This document shows, piece after piece, positions 6,701 through 15,098 of a stretch of DNA of 25,986 bases. The notes under the pieces were generated by a model. It was given only the letters and a program-made list of their open reading frames with translations, did not search any database and had not been told where the DNA came from. Where the stretch lies: NCBI GenBank assembly GCA_947593275.1, contig CANQDN010000001.1, forward strand, positions 1 through 25,986. The letters run 5' to 3'. This DNA is from an uncultured Bacilli bacterium. GTDB taxonomy: Bacteria > Bacillota_I > Bacilli_A > RF39 > UBA660. The number at the start of each line of letters is the position of its first letter. Position 1 is the stretch's first letter. The translations under genes and the position numbers were made by a program.

Positions 6701-8941
6701 ATGAAATTTAAAATTAGCCCTAAAGACTTTTTGATATTTTGTTTATATTGTGTTTTACTTTTATATTTGTGTGCCATTGCAGTTTTAAATTTTACTTCAT
6801 TTTTAAATGAGGGAGAGTTTTATGGTTTATTACCTTTTAAAGCTTTTACAGGAGATTATCTTTTTCTTACTTTATTTATGTTTTTTATTTCCCTTATTAT
6901 TATTTTTACAAGTGTTTCATCTTATGTGTTTAGTAAAGAAAAGGGTAAAGGAATAGGACTTAAGTTAGGCGAAAAGCAAGAAAGTGGGTATTCTAGATGG
7001 AGTACGGAAAAAGAGATTAAAAATGATGCAGGAATAGTTAAAGTTGATCCAAAAGCAGAGACTGTTAGTGCTGCAGGTATTCCTTTAATTAATAATGGTA
7101 AAGAAATTTGGGTTGATAATGGAGAGTATCATAATTTAGTTATTGGTTCTACTGGTTCAGGTAAAACTCAGACAGTTGTAAAACCGATGGTTAATTTGCT
7201 GGCGAAAAAGGGTGAATCAATGATTATTACAGATCCGAAGGGTGAGATATATCGGTATGCAGCGACAGCTTTAAAAGAGCGAGGTTATAAAATTATTGTC
7301 TTAAATTTTAGAGAGCCACTTAAAGGTAATGCTTGGAATCCTCTTACTTTACCTTATAAATACTTTAAAGAGGGAAATACCGATAAATCAACAGAATTAT
7401 TGGATGATGTAGCTTTAAATATTTTATATGATCAAACTAAAAAGAGTAGTGATAGTGATTTCTGGGAGAAGAGTGCTGCCGATTATTTTTCAGGATTAGC
7501 TTTAGGTTTATTTTATGATGCGAAAGAAAAAGAAGTTAATTTAAATAGTATTAATTATATGAGTAGTATTGGAGAAGAAAGATATGCGACAAGTACTTAT
7601 ATTAAAGAATATTTTAATATGAAGGGACAAGAGTCTAGTCCATATATTTTTGCTTCTAATACAATAAATGCACCGAATGAAACTAAGGGAGGAATTTTGT
7701 CGACTTTTAGACAAAAAATTAGGTTATTTTCATCACGAGAGACTTTAAGTGAAATGCTTGCTTATAGTGATTTTAAAATGGAAGATATTGGAAAAGAAAA
7801 AACTGCAGTATTTATGATTATTCATGATGAAAAGAAAACATATCATGCTTTAATGACAATTTTTATTAAACAGTGTTATGAAACATTAATTGATATAGCG
7901 CAAGAAAATGGCGGTAAATTACCTTTTAGAACTAATTTTATTCTTGATGAGTTTGCAAATATGCCACCTTTAAAAGATGTCGATTCAATGGTCAGTGCGG
8001 CTCGTTCTAGAGATATTCGTTTTACCTTTATTATTCAAAATTTTGCCCAACTTAATGATGTTTATGGAAAAGAAGTAGCGGAAATAATTAAAGGTAATTG
8101 TGGTAATTTAGTTTATTTAATATCTACGGAACTTGCAGCGTTAGAAGAAATATCTAAGATGTGTGGAGAAGTTAAATCAAAAGAAAAAGATAAGACAGCT
8201 TCTACACCTTTGGTTACAGTTTCGGATTTACAAAAGTTAAAGTTGTTTCAAGCTATTATTATTCGGCTTAGAATGAATCCTTTTAAAACTAAGTTAGAAC
8301 CGGATTTTAAAATGGATTGGGGAATGAATAGAGAAGAAGCTGTTTATCCGGAGAGAATTTCGCAAAAAATAGAATTATTTGATATTAAAAAGTATGTTAC
8401 GGAAGAAAAAAGAAAACAAATGATGAATAATTTAGAGAATAAAAATGATAATCCGTTTGAAAATTTTAGTAATCCTTTTACACCTTTTGGAGATGTTAAT
8501 AAAGATTTAAATACGGTTAATCCTTTTGGAGTTAATAATAATATTGGTAATCCATTTAGTAATGATTCTTTATTTAATAAGCCTATGGGTAGTTTAACTG
8601 ATGCAGAGATAGATGCGATGATGAAAGATATTGATAGAAGATTAAAAGAGTTAGATGAAGAAGAAGCTAAACAAAAGGCGGAATTAGAAAATAAAAAGCA
8701 ACCGGAAGTTAATAGTTTAGAAAAACCTTTAGTTGTAGATGATCAAAATAAAGAAGAGGTTAATCCTATAAATAATCAAATAACTCAAGAAAATGGAGTT
8801 AATGATAATAAAATAGATAATAATGAGGAGATTAGTGAAGAAGAGAGTAAACCAAAGATAAATGTAGATGCAGATAGTATTATAGTTAATGAAAATGTGA
8901 TAACTGATGATGAATTCTTTGATGATTTCTTTAATGAATAA
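6701..8941 (+). CDS. VirD4/TraG-like type IV secretion coupling ATPase with a long low-complexity C terminus
   Basis: N-terminal TM helices, Walker A GSTGSGKT, MIITDPKGE, WNPL, FWEKSA, Walker B FILDEFAN, and ARSRDI...IIQNFAQL...YG motifs. Confidence 0.9.
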   Translation: MKFKISPKDFLIFCLYCVLLLYLCAIAVLNFTSFLNEGEFYGLLPFKAFTGDYLFLTLFMFFISLIIIFTSVSSYVFSKEKGKGIGLKLGEKQESGYSRWSTEKEIKNDAGIVKVDPKAETVSAAGIPLINNGKEIWVDNGEYHNLVIGSTGSGKTQTVVKPMVNLLAKKGESMIITDPKGEIYRYAATALKERGYKIIVLNFREPLKGNAWNPLTLPYKYFKEGNTDKSTELLDDVALNILYDQTKKSSDSDFWEKSAADYFSGLALGLFYDAKEKEVNLNSINYMSSIGEERYATSTYIKEYFNMKGQESSPYIFASNTINAPNETKGGILSTFRQKIRLFSSRETLSEMLAYSDFKMEDIGKEKTAVFMIIHDEKKTYHALMTIFIKQCYETLIDIAQENGGKLPFRTNFILDEFANMPPLKDVDSMVSAARSRDIRFTFIIQNFAQLNDVYGKEVAEIIKGNCGNLVYLISTELAALEEISKMCGEVKSKEKDKTASTPLVTVSDLQKLKLFQAIIIRLRMNPFKTKLEPDFKMDWGMNREEAVYPERISQKIELFDIKKYVTEEKRKQMMNNLENKNDNPFENFSNPFTPFGDVNKDLNTVNPFGVNNNIGNPFSNDSLFNKPMGSLTDAEIDAMMKDIDRRLKELDEEEAKQKAELENKKQPEVNSLEKPLVVDDQNKEEVNPINNQITQENGVNDNKIDNNEEISEEESKPKINVDADSIIVNENVITDDEFFDDFFNE

Positions 8942-8997
8942 TTAAAATAAAGGCTTTTGTTATAAAGCTTTTTTTAATGTTTAAATAATATATATTA

Positions 8998-9264
8998 GTG
9001 ATAAATATGAAAAGATTAGATATAAAAAATTATGCTAGAAATATGGGAGTATTAATAGATATTCAAAATCCTATTGATTATCAAGAATATCATCATCCGG
9101 ATAGTATAAATATACCTTATGAAAGTTTACTACTTAATTATAAGAAATATTTAGATAAAAATAAAAGTTATTATATAGTTTGTAATAAAGGTACTAAATC
9201 AAGGAAGGCTGTTGCAATATTAGAGTTTTACGGGTATGATGTTACGCAGATGAGTTATGAATAA
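8998..9264 (+). CDS. Rhodanese-like domain protein
   Basis: LIDIQNPIDYQEYHHPDSINIP and active-site loop VCNKGTKSRKAVAIL. The start may be the ATG at 9007. Confidence 0.8.
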   Translation: MINMKRLDIKNYARNMGVLIDIQNPIDYQEYHHPDSINIPYESLLLNYKKYLDKNKSYYIVCNKGTKSRKAVAILEFYGYDVTQMSYE

Positions 9265-9291
9265 TAAAAAAGAACTTCGGGGTTCTTTTTA
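9265..9291. terminator. Bidirectional terminator
   Basis: TAAAAAAGAAC-TTCGGG-GTTCTTTTTA between convergent genes. Confidence 0.75.
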
Positions 9292-9531
9292 TTTGATTTC
9301 ACTGTCATCTAGTAGATCTTTTATGTCAACGTTTAGAGCATTCGCTATTTGAACAAGAGTGTCTAATCTTGGCCTTCTGGTTATTTTTAAGCTTTCTAAA
9401 TCTCTAATGAATTGATGAGAAAGATTACATTTGTCAGCGAGTTCTTGAGCAGTATAGTTTCTTAGTTTACGATATTTTTTAATGTTTAATCTTGCGACAT
9501 AATAGTAGTAATCGCTATTTGTTTTATTCAT
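9289..9531 (-). CDS. XRE-family helix-turn-helix regulator
   Basis: NIKKYRKLRNYTAQELADKCNLSHQFIRDLE...PRLDTLVQIANALNV pattern. Confidence 0.88.
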   Translation of the reverse strand: MNKTNSDYYYYVARLNIKKYRKLRNYTAQELADKCNLSHQFIRDLESLKITRRPRLDTLVQIANALNVDIKDLLDDSEIK

Positions 9532-9572
9532 AATAACACCTTGTTAGTAGATTAAAAAGTTTGAGGAAGATA

Positions 9573-9791
9573 TTATTTATTATTTTTAATTATGTAAATT
9601 TCAAAATCGTTCTTTTTAGCTAATTCTAATAGATCTTTAAAATAATAATTACTTCTTACTAGTTCATTTGATTGACACCAATGTTTAGTTTTGTTGATGG
9701 TTTGAGCAAATTCTTTTTGATTTAAATCAGTAGCTTGTCTTACAAATCTTAATATTTCATCTGGAGTATAGTCGTTAGCTTTTATTTTCAT
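9573..9791 (-). CDS. Small XRE-like helix-turn-helix protein
   Basis: LRFVRQATDLNQKEFAQTINKTKHWCQSNE...FKDLLELAK pattern. Confidence 0.7.
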   Translation of the reverse strand: MKIKANDYTPDEILRFVRQATDLNQKEFAQTINKTKHWCQSNELVRSNYYFKDLLELAKKNDFEIYIIKNNK

Positions 9792-9848
9792 TTTAGCACC
9801 TCATCAAGATTATAACAAACATTTTTTTATAAATAAATATAAAATTAG

Positions 9849-9904
9849 TTGCATTATTATTTAATATGTGGTATATTTTACTTGTACTAGTACATATAGT
9901 ACAA
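9849..9904 (+). promoter_or_regulatory. Sigma-A promoter and YtrA-type operator of the ABC operon
   Basis: TTGCAT (9849)-17 bp-TATATT (9872) with an extended TG. The inverted repeat TTGTACTA-N7-TAGTACAA (9882-9904) equals TTGTA-N13-TACAA, the spacing of the B. subtilis YtrA box. Confidence 0.75.
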
Positions 9905-9919
9905 TGAAAGGACGAGTTT

Positions 9920-10819
9920 ATGATTGAGATTAAAAGTTTGAGCAAATGTTTTGATAAGAAAAAGTTTGTTCTAGAGAATCTTAATTGCACAATTACCAAT
10001 AATGCTATATATGGTTTAGTGGGCGCTAATGGGGCTGGTAAATCAACATTGCTTCGCTTAATTAATAGTATTTATACTGCCGATAGTGGGACAATTTTTA
10101 TTGATGGTAAAGATGTGTATGATAATGAAGAATTAAAAAAGGAAATGGTTTTTATACCGGATGATTTATTTTTTTATCCTGGCTATAGTTTAATGGATAT
10201 GGCTTTATATTATGAAGCATTATATCCTAAGTTTGATATGAACTATGTTTTGAAAGTTGCGGGTAAATTAAAATTAGATACCAATGCTAAAATTAGTTCT
10301 TTTTCAAAGGGAATGAAAAGACAATGTGCCTTAATATGTGCACTAGCAACAAGAGCCAAGTATTTATTTTTTGATGAAACTTTTGATGGATTAGATCCGG
10401 TAGTTCGCAAGTACTTTAAATCACTTTTGGCGGATGCGATAAGTAAAGATGAAGCTACTATTATTATGACAAGTCATAATCTTCGAGAGTTAGAAGATAT
10501 ATGTGATAATTTAGGATTGTTATATAAAGGTAAGATCTTATTTGAAAGTGATATAGATACATTAAAAACTAATATGTTTAAAGTTCAAATATCTTTAAAA
10601 AATGATTTTAATAAAGAAACATTTAAGGGAATAAAAATACTTTCTTATAAGAAGGTTGGAAGTGTTGCGACTCTTATTATTGATGAAAATGGAAAAGATA
10701 GTAGAAAGATCTTAGAGGGGTTAAAACCAATAATATTAGATTATTTACCACTTACTTTAGAAGAAGTATTTATATATCAAATGGAGGCATTAGGTTATGA
10801 GTTTAACGAAATTGTTTAA
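9920..10819 (+). CDS. ABC transporter ATP-binding protein (YtrB-like)
   Basis: Walker A GANGAGKST, signature FSKGMKRQ, Walker B LFFDETFDGLDP and SHNL. Confidence 0.95.
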   Translation: MIEIKSLSKCFDKKKFVLENLNCTITNNAIYGLVGANGAGKSTLLRLINSIYTADSGTIFIDGKDVYDNEELKKEMVFIPDDLFFYPGYSLMDMALYYEALYPKFDMNYVLKVAGKLKLDTNAKISSFSKGMKRQCALICALATRAKYLFFDETFDGLDPVVRKYFKSLLADAISKDEATIIMTSHNLRELEDICDNLGLLYKGKILFESDIDTLKTNMFKVQISLKNDFNKETFKGIKILSYKKVGSVATLIIDENGKDSRKILEGLKPIILDYLPLTLEEVFIYQMEALGYEFNEIV

Positions 10820-12677
10820 TTTTAAATATTTTAAAGAGAATGTGAGAAAGTCTAAATCTTTATTAGCGTTCTTTTTGGGATGTGTTCCTCTTTTTAATAT
10901 TTTAGCGCTTGTTATAGCTATGATTAGCAATAAAGAAATTACTTTTTTGACATTTAATAATATAAGTTTAATTACTTTTTTAGGTTTATATATTTTACCT
11001 GTTGTTTTAGCGGTTAGTCTATTTGGATTCTTATTTAAAAGAAAAAGTGTCGACTTTGTAATGTCAAAACCATTAAGTCGGAAAACTATTTATTTTACCA
11101 ATATTTTGGGTGGGATTATAATACTTGTAATCTTTATGTTTATTAATTTTATGATTTATACTTTATTTGGCTTGTTTTCAGATATTTTAATAATTCCATT
11201 TGCTTTAATTATAGATTATTTTGTTTACTTTTTAATATCTTATATCTTTATGTTTTTAGTTAGTACTTTAGCTATTACACTCGTGGGTAATTTTATTAGT
11301 TCTATAGTAATAATTCTTTTGGTTTTATGCTTAGTACCATTTTTAAGAACACTTCCTTTTATTCTTGATTTAGATAATAATGGTTATATATATTGTTCTA
11401 AAGAAGAATGCAAGCCAACACATTATAATTGTAATGCTAAAGATTGTGGGGATTATTATAATTTTACTTATACAGAATTACCTAATTTAAATGAAGTTGC
11501 TCCTTTAAGTATATTAAATAGCAATATAGCTTATAATGAAGATGCTTTAATTAAAATGGTTGTCTTAAGTTTTATTTATGCTTTTATAGGTTTTTATACC
11601 TTTATTCATCGAAAGATGGAAAATAACGAGACTAATTTTAAAAGTGAAAAAGTTCATTATTTTGTTAAATGTTTAACTATTGTTCCTTTTAGTTTATTAG
11701 TTTATATTACAATATTAGAACAAACTACTGTAGGTGTAATTATAAGTTTAGCTTTATTATTTATTTATAGTATAGTTTATGATTTAGTAACAAGAAAAGA
11801 AATATATAAGTTCTTAAAATCTACGTTTGTAACTTTGGCTATTTTAGGAATATATCTGGGAGGGTATGCTCTTTATGATAATCATAAAAATACTAGTTAT
11901 TTAGATGCTAGTAAAATAGATAAAATTTCCTTTAATGGAGTAGAAGTAACAGATAAAAATTTGATTTATAAATTAATAAAAGAATCTTTTCTTTATGAAG
12001 ATGATGGTTATTCTATAAAAATAGAAGCTAAAAATAAAGTTTATACTAGTTATATAAATATAAAATCTGCAACATTAGAAGAGATCAAAACTGTTTATAA
12101 CCAAAAAGTAGTTAAAGCTTTTGATATTAATAAAGTTAATTATGCTGAGGGAATACCTTTAACTAAAGAGTATAAAAAATTAATTAATGAAACTGTTAAA
12201 GATAAATTTGATTCTAATGATAATAGTCAAACTTTAATAACTTCATATTCTTATAAAAATCATCATTATGAGAGATTAACTATTGAAAAAGGGTTAAATC
12301 AAAAATTAGATAACTATGTTCTTAATTATTATAATAAAAATGCACTTAAATTATTAGAGAACAAAGAATTATATTTCTCTTATTATGGGTCTAATGCGAC
12401 TTTAAATGATTTACAAAATAAAAACCTTTTAAATTATCTTATCACGGAAAATTTAGCTAGTTTTAAAAATTATATTTCTAAATCTAATAACGAATATAAA
12501 GAACAATACATTAATTTATATGTTGATGGTTATAATAAAATAATAATTGGGGATACTTCGAAATTTATTCAAGAACTTAAAGAATATGAATTGAAAGTAA
12601 AAGATACGGATACATATAAAGAGATATTAAAACAATATCAAGAAAGTATTTCGGCTGGAGATATCTATGAATATTAA
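10797..12677 (+). CDS. ABC-2-type permease with a large C-terminal soluble domain
   Basis: About ten hydrophobic segments, the DFVMSKPLSRKTIY loop typical of ABC-2 permeases, and translational coupling to the ATPase. Confidence 0.8.
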   Translation: MSLTKLFNFKYFKENVRKSKSLLAFFLGCVPLFNILALVIAMISNKEITFLTFNNISLITFLGLYILPVVLAVSLFGFLFKRKSVDFVMSKPLSRKTIYFTNILGGIIILVIFMFINFMIYTLFGLFSDILIIPFALIIDYFVYFLISYIFMFLVSTLAITLVGNFISSIVIILLVLCLVPFLRTLPFILDLDNNGYIYCSKEECKPTHYNCNAKDCGDYYNFTYTELPNLNEVAPLSILNSNIAYNEDALIKMVVLSFIYAFIGFYTFIHRKMENNETNFKSEKVHYFVKCLTIVPFSLLVYITILEQTTVGVIISLALLFIYSIVYDLVTRKEIYKFLKSTFVTLAILGIYLGGYALYDNHKNTSYLDASKIDKISFNGVEVTDKNLIYKLIKESFLYEDDGYSIKIEAKNKVYTSYINIKSATLEEIKTVYNQKVVKAFDINKVNYAEGIPLTKEYKKLINETVKDKFDSNDNSQTLITSYSYKNHHYERLTIEKGLNQKLDNYVLNYYNKNALKLLENKELYFSYYGSNATLNDLQNKNLLNYLITENLASFKNYISKSNNEYKEQYINLYVDGYNKIIIGDTSKFIQELKEYELKVKDTDTYKEILKQYQESISAGDIYEY

Positions 12678-13017
12678 TATTGATTATACTAGTAGAATAC
12701 CAATATATGAACAGATAGTATTAGAAATTGAAAGATTGGTTGCGCTTAATATACTTATAAAAGATATGCAGATTCCAAGTATAAGAGATCTTGCCTATAC
12801 GTTGGGGATTAATCCTAATACTGTTAAAAAAGCTTATGATATATTAGAGAGTAAGAAAATAATTGTAAGTAAATCTACAAAAGGTACTTTTATCGCGGAT
12901 AGTGAAAAAGCTAAGGAAGCTAAGATAGAAGAAACATTTTTGAATATTAATAGTGAGATAAAAAAATTAGAGTCTTATGGTTTAAGGAAAGATGAAATAT
13001 TAAAAAAACTAAAATAG
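12667..13017 (+). CDS. GntR family regulator, YtrA subfamily
   Basis: SRIPIYEQIV...QIPSIRDLAYTLGINPNTVKKAYDILE...GTFI with a short C terminus (116 aa). Confidence 0.92.
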   Translation: MNINIDYTSRIPIYEQIVLEIERLVALNILIKDMQIPSIRDLAYTLGINPNTVKKAYDILESKKIIVSKSTKGTFIADSEKAKEAKIEETFLNINSEIKKLESYGLRKDEILKKLK

Positions 13018-13062
13018 ATTACCTTGACTAAAGTTATATTTTTGATATAATTAATTTAGAAG

Positions 13063-13494
13063 GTGAAGATAATGAAAATGTTGAATAAAAAAGGTTTTAC
13101 TTTAGTAGAATTGTTAAGTGTTATAGTTATTTTATCAGTTGTTGTTTTGATTGCCACGAATGCTGTAGTACCAATGATGAATGATGCGAAGAAACAAGTT
13201 TTAGCAACGGAAGCAAATAAGTTTATGTTGGCAGCTCAAAATTTATATGTTAAGAATCAAGCGAGTGGAACTGTTTGTTATTCATATAGTGAAGTTATTG
13301 ATTCAGGATTAATTGAAAAGAATGATGATAGTTATACTGGAAGCTTTTTGATTGAAAGTAATGGGGAAGGGAAGTATAGTTATAAAATTTGGCTTTCTAA
13401 TGGAGTTAATTTAGTTGATGGTAAGAGTCCAGATGTATCTAGTCAGGATGTTATAGATTCGGCTTTAGAAGCATCAACAACATGTGGAAATTAA
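13063..13494 (+). CDS. Type IV pilin-like protein (prepilin N-terminal cleavage/methylation motif)
   Basis: NKKG/FTLVELLSVIVILSVVVLIA class III signal with Glu at +5 and a Cys pair in the globular part. It has its own promoter-like TTGACT-16-TATAAT (13024-13051) and a terminator-like hairpin after the stop. Confidence 0.88.
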   Translation: MKIMKMLNKKGFTLVELLSVIVILSVVVLIATNAVVPMMNDAKKQVLATEANKFMLAAQNLYVKNQASGTVCYSYSEVIDSGLIEKNDDSYTGSFLIESNGEGKYSYKIWLSNGVNLVDGKSPDVSSQDVIDSALEASTTCGN

Positions 13495-13570
13495 AGGGAA
13501 TGTTAAATTCTCTTTTTTTATGACTTGTTATCTTTGGTGTTTTCTTTTATAATAGATAGTGGTGATGTAA

Positions 13571-14479
13571 ATGATTATAGGTTCACATGTTTCGTTTGGA
13601 GCTTCGGGTTTAGTTGGAAGTGTCAAAGAAACTTTAGGATATGGAGCAAATACTTTTATGTTTTATACAGGGGCTCCACAAAATACAATTAGAAAAGAAA
13701 TATCAAAAGAGAAAACAGAAGAAGCATTTAAATTAATGAAAGAAAATAATATTAATATTGATAATGTAATATGTCATGCTCCTTATATAGTTAATTTAGC
13801 TAATAATAAAGATGATCAGAAATATAATTTTAGTATAACTTTTTTGAAAAATGAAGTTAAAAGATGTGAAGAATTGGGAGTTAAATATTTAGTATTACAT
13901 CCGGGTTCTAGTGTTGGATTAGATAAGTTTGTAGCGCTTGATAATATTGCTTTTGCTTTAAATAAAATTATAACTAGTGATATAAAAGTTAGAGTGTTAT
14001 TGGAGACGATGGCTGGTAAGGGAAGTGAAGTAGGATCTACTTTAGAAGAAATTAAGTATTTGATTGATAAAGTTAATTTGAAAGATAAGATTGGGGTTTG
14101 TTTAGATACTTGTCACTTAAATGATGCAGGATATGATATGAGTGATTTTGAGGCTTTTTTAGATAAGTTTGAGGAATTAATTGGGCTTAAATATATTAAG
14201 TGTATTCATATTAATGATAGTAAAAATGCTGTAGGGTCTCATAAAGATAGGCATGCGAATATTGGGTTTGGGACATTAGGCTTTTTAGTAATTAAAAATA
14301 TTCTCGATAATAAAAGATTAGAAAATATTCCTAAGATATTGGAAACACCTTATATTGGAGAAAATGATGAAGATAAGAATAGAATATATCCACCATATAA
14401 GTTTGAGATTGAAATGTTAAAAAAGGGAGAGTTTAATCCGCATTTAATGGAAGATATTAGGAGTTTTTATAAGAATTAG
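13571..14479 (+). CDS. nfo: Endonuclease IV
   Basis: IIGSHVS, HAPYIVNLAN, LVLHPGS, LLETMAGKGSEVG, GVCLDTCH, IHINDSK, HKDRHANIG and ILETP motifs. Confidence 0.96.
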   Translation: MIIGSHVSFGASGLVGSVKETLGYGANTFMFYTGAPQNTIRKEISKEKTEEAFKLMKENNINIDNVICHAPYIVNLANNKDDQKYNFSITFLKNEVKRCEELGVKYLVLHPGSSVGLDKFVALDNIAFALNKIITSDIKVRVLLETMAGKGSEVGSTLEEIKYLIDKVNLKDKIGVCLDTCHLNDAGYDMSDFEAFLDKFEELIGLKYIKCIHINDSKNAVGSHKDRHANIGFGTLGFLVIKNILDNKRLENIPKILETPYIGENDEDKNRIYPPYKFEIEMLKKGEFNPHLMEDIRSFYKN

Positions 14480-14939
14480 TATCAGTTTTGCCATAGAGGT
14501 AATCGGCTGAAATATGGTATTTTTTACAGATAGTGTAAGCATAGGGAAGAGATAGAAGTTTCTTTCCTTTTTCATATTCACAAATTAAAGATTTAGATGT
14601 GCCTATTTCCATAGCTAAAGTTTCTTGATATAGTTTATTTTTTTCCCGAAGTTCTTTTAGTCTCTTACCAATTAAAGTCTTATTTAAGTCTAAGTTGTTT
14701 TTTTCAAAATTGTTTTTATCACTTAAGTTTAAAGCATAATCAAAAGATATTTCTAGGTAATTGCAGATGTTGTTAAAAGCAATGATCGGGATGTTTTCTT
14801 TTAAGTTTTCGTAGTTAGAGAGGTTTGATGCTTTTATGTTGACGATTTTAGCTAGTTCTTTTTGAGTAAGACCTTTTTTTTCACGAATTTCTTTAATTCG
14901 GTTTGTTTTCATTTCATAATTATAAGTAATAGAATTCAT
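14457..14939 (-). CDS. Regulator with two tandem XRE HTH domains
   Basis: Two repeats, NRIKEIREKKGLTQKELA...SFDY and KRLKELREKNKLYQETLA...SADY. The start is probably the ATG at 14912. Convergent overlap with the nfo 3' end. Confidence 0.9.
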   Translation of the reverse strand: MNSITYNYEMKTNRIKEIREKKGLTQKELAKIVNIKASNLSNYENLKENIPIIAFNNICNYLEISFDYALNLSDKNNFEKNNLDLNKTLIGKRLKELREKNKLYQETLAMEIGTSKSLICEYEKGKKLLSLPYAYTICKKYHISADYLYGKTDTNSYKNS

Positions 14940-14991
14940 ATATATTTCACCATAATTATTTTCTCAAACATAGGAAAAATATCATATATCT

Positions 14992-15043
14992 ATTATGAAA
15001 TAGCGAACTTTATATTGACAAGAAGAGTTCGCTATTTTATAAT
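14992..15043. promoter_or_regulatory. Back-to-back promoters with a 12-bp inverted-repeat operator
   Basis: Plus strand TTGACA (15015)-17-TATAAT (15038). Minus strand TTGTCA-18-CATAAT. A perfect inverted repeat AAATAGCGAACT (14998-15009) / AGTTCGCTATTT (15026-15037) brackets both -35 boxes. Confidence 0.8.
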
Positions 15044-15098
15044 ATAAATATAAATTAGAAAAATTTAAGATATTTGATATTAGAAAGTAGGATAGTTA

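Noticed and set aside
6550-6777. Minus-strand ORF of 75 aa
   Set aside because: Overlaps two plus-strand genes and their promoter region, with low-complexity composition.
6701-8941. Integrative conjugative element around the VirD4-like gene
   Set aside because: No relaxase, VirB4, integrase or boundary repeats, and the neighbours are housekeeping-type genes.
9793-9999. Minus-strand ORF of 68 aa
   Set aside because: Overlaps the ABC ATPase start and its promoter/operator, with no recognisable motif.
14862-15047. Plus-strand ORF of 61 aa
   Set aside because: Antisense to the tandem XRE gene and runs across the divergent promoters.
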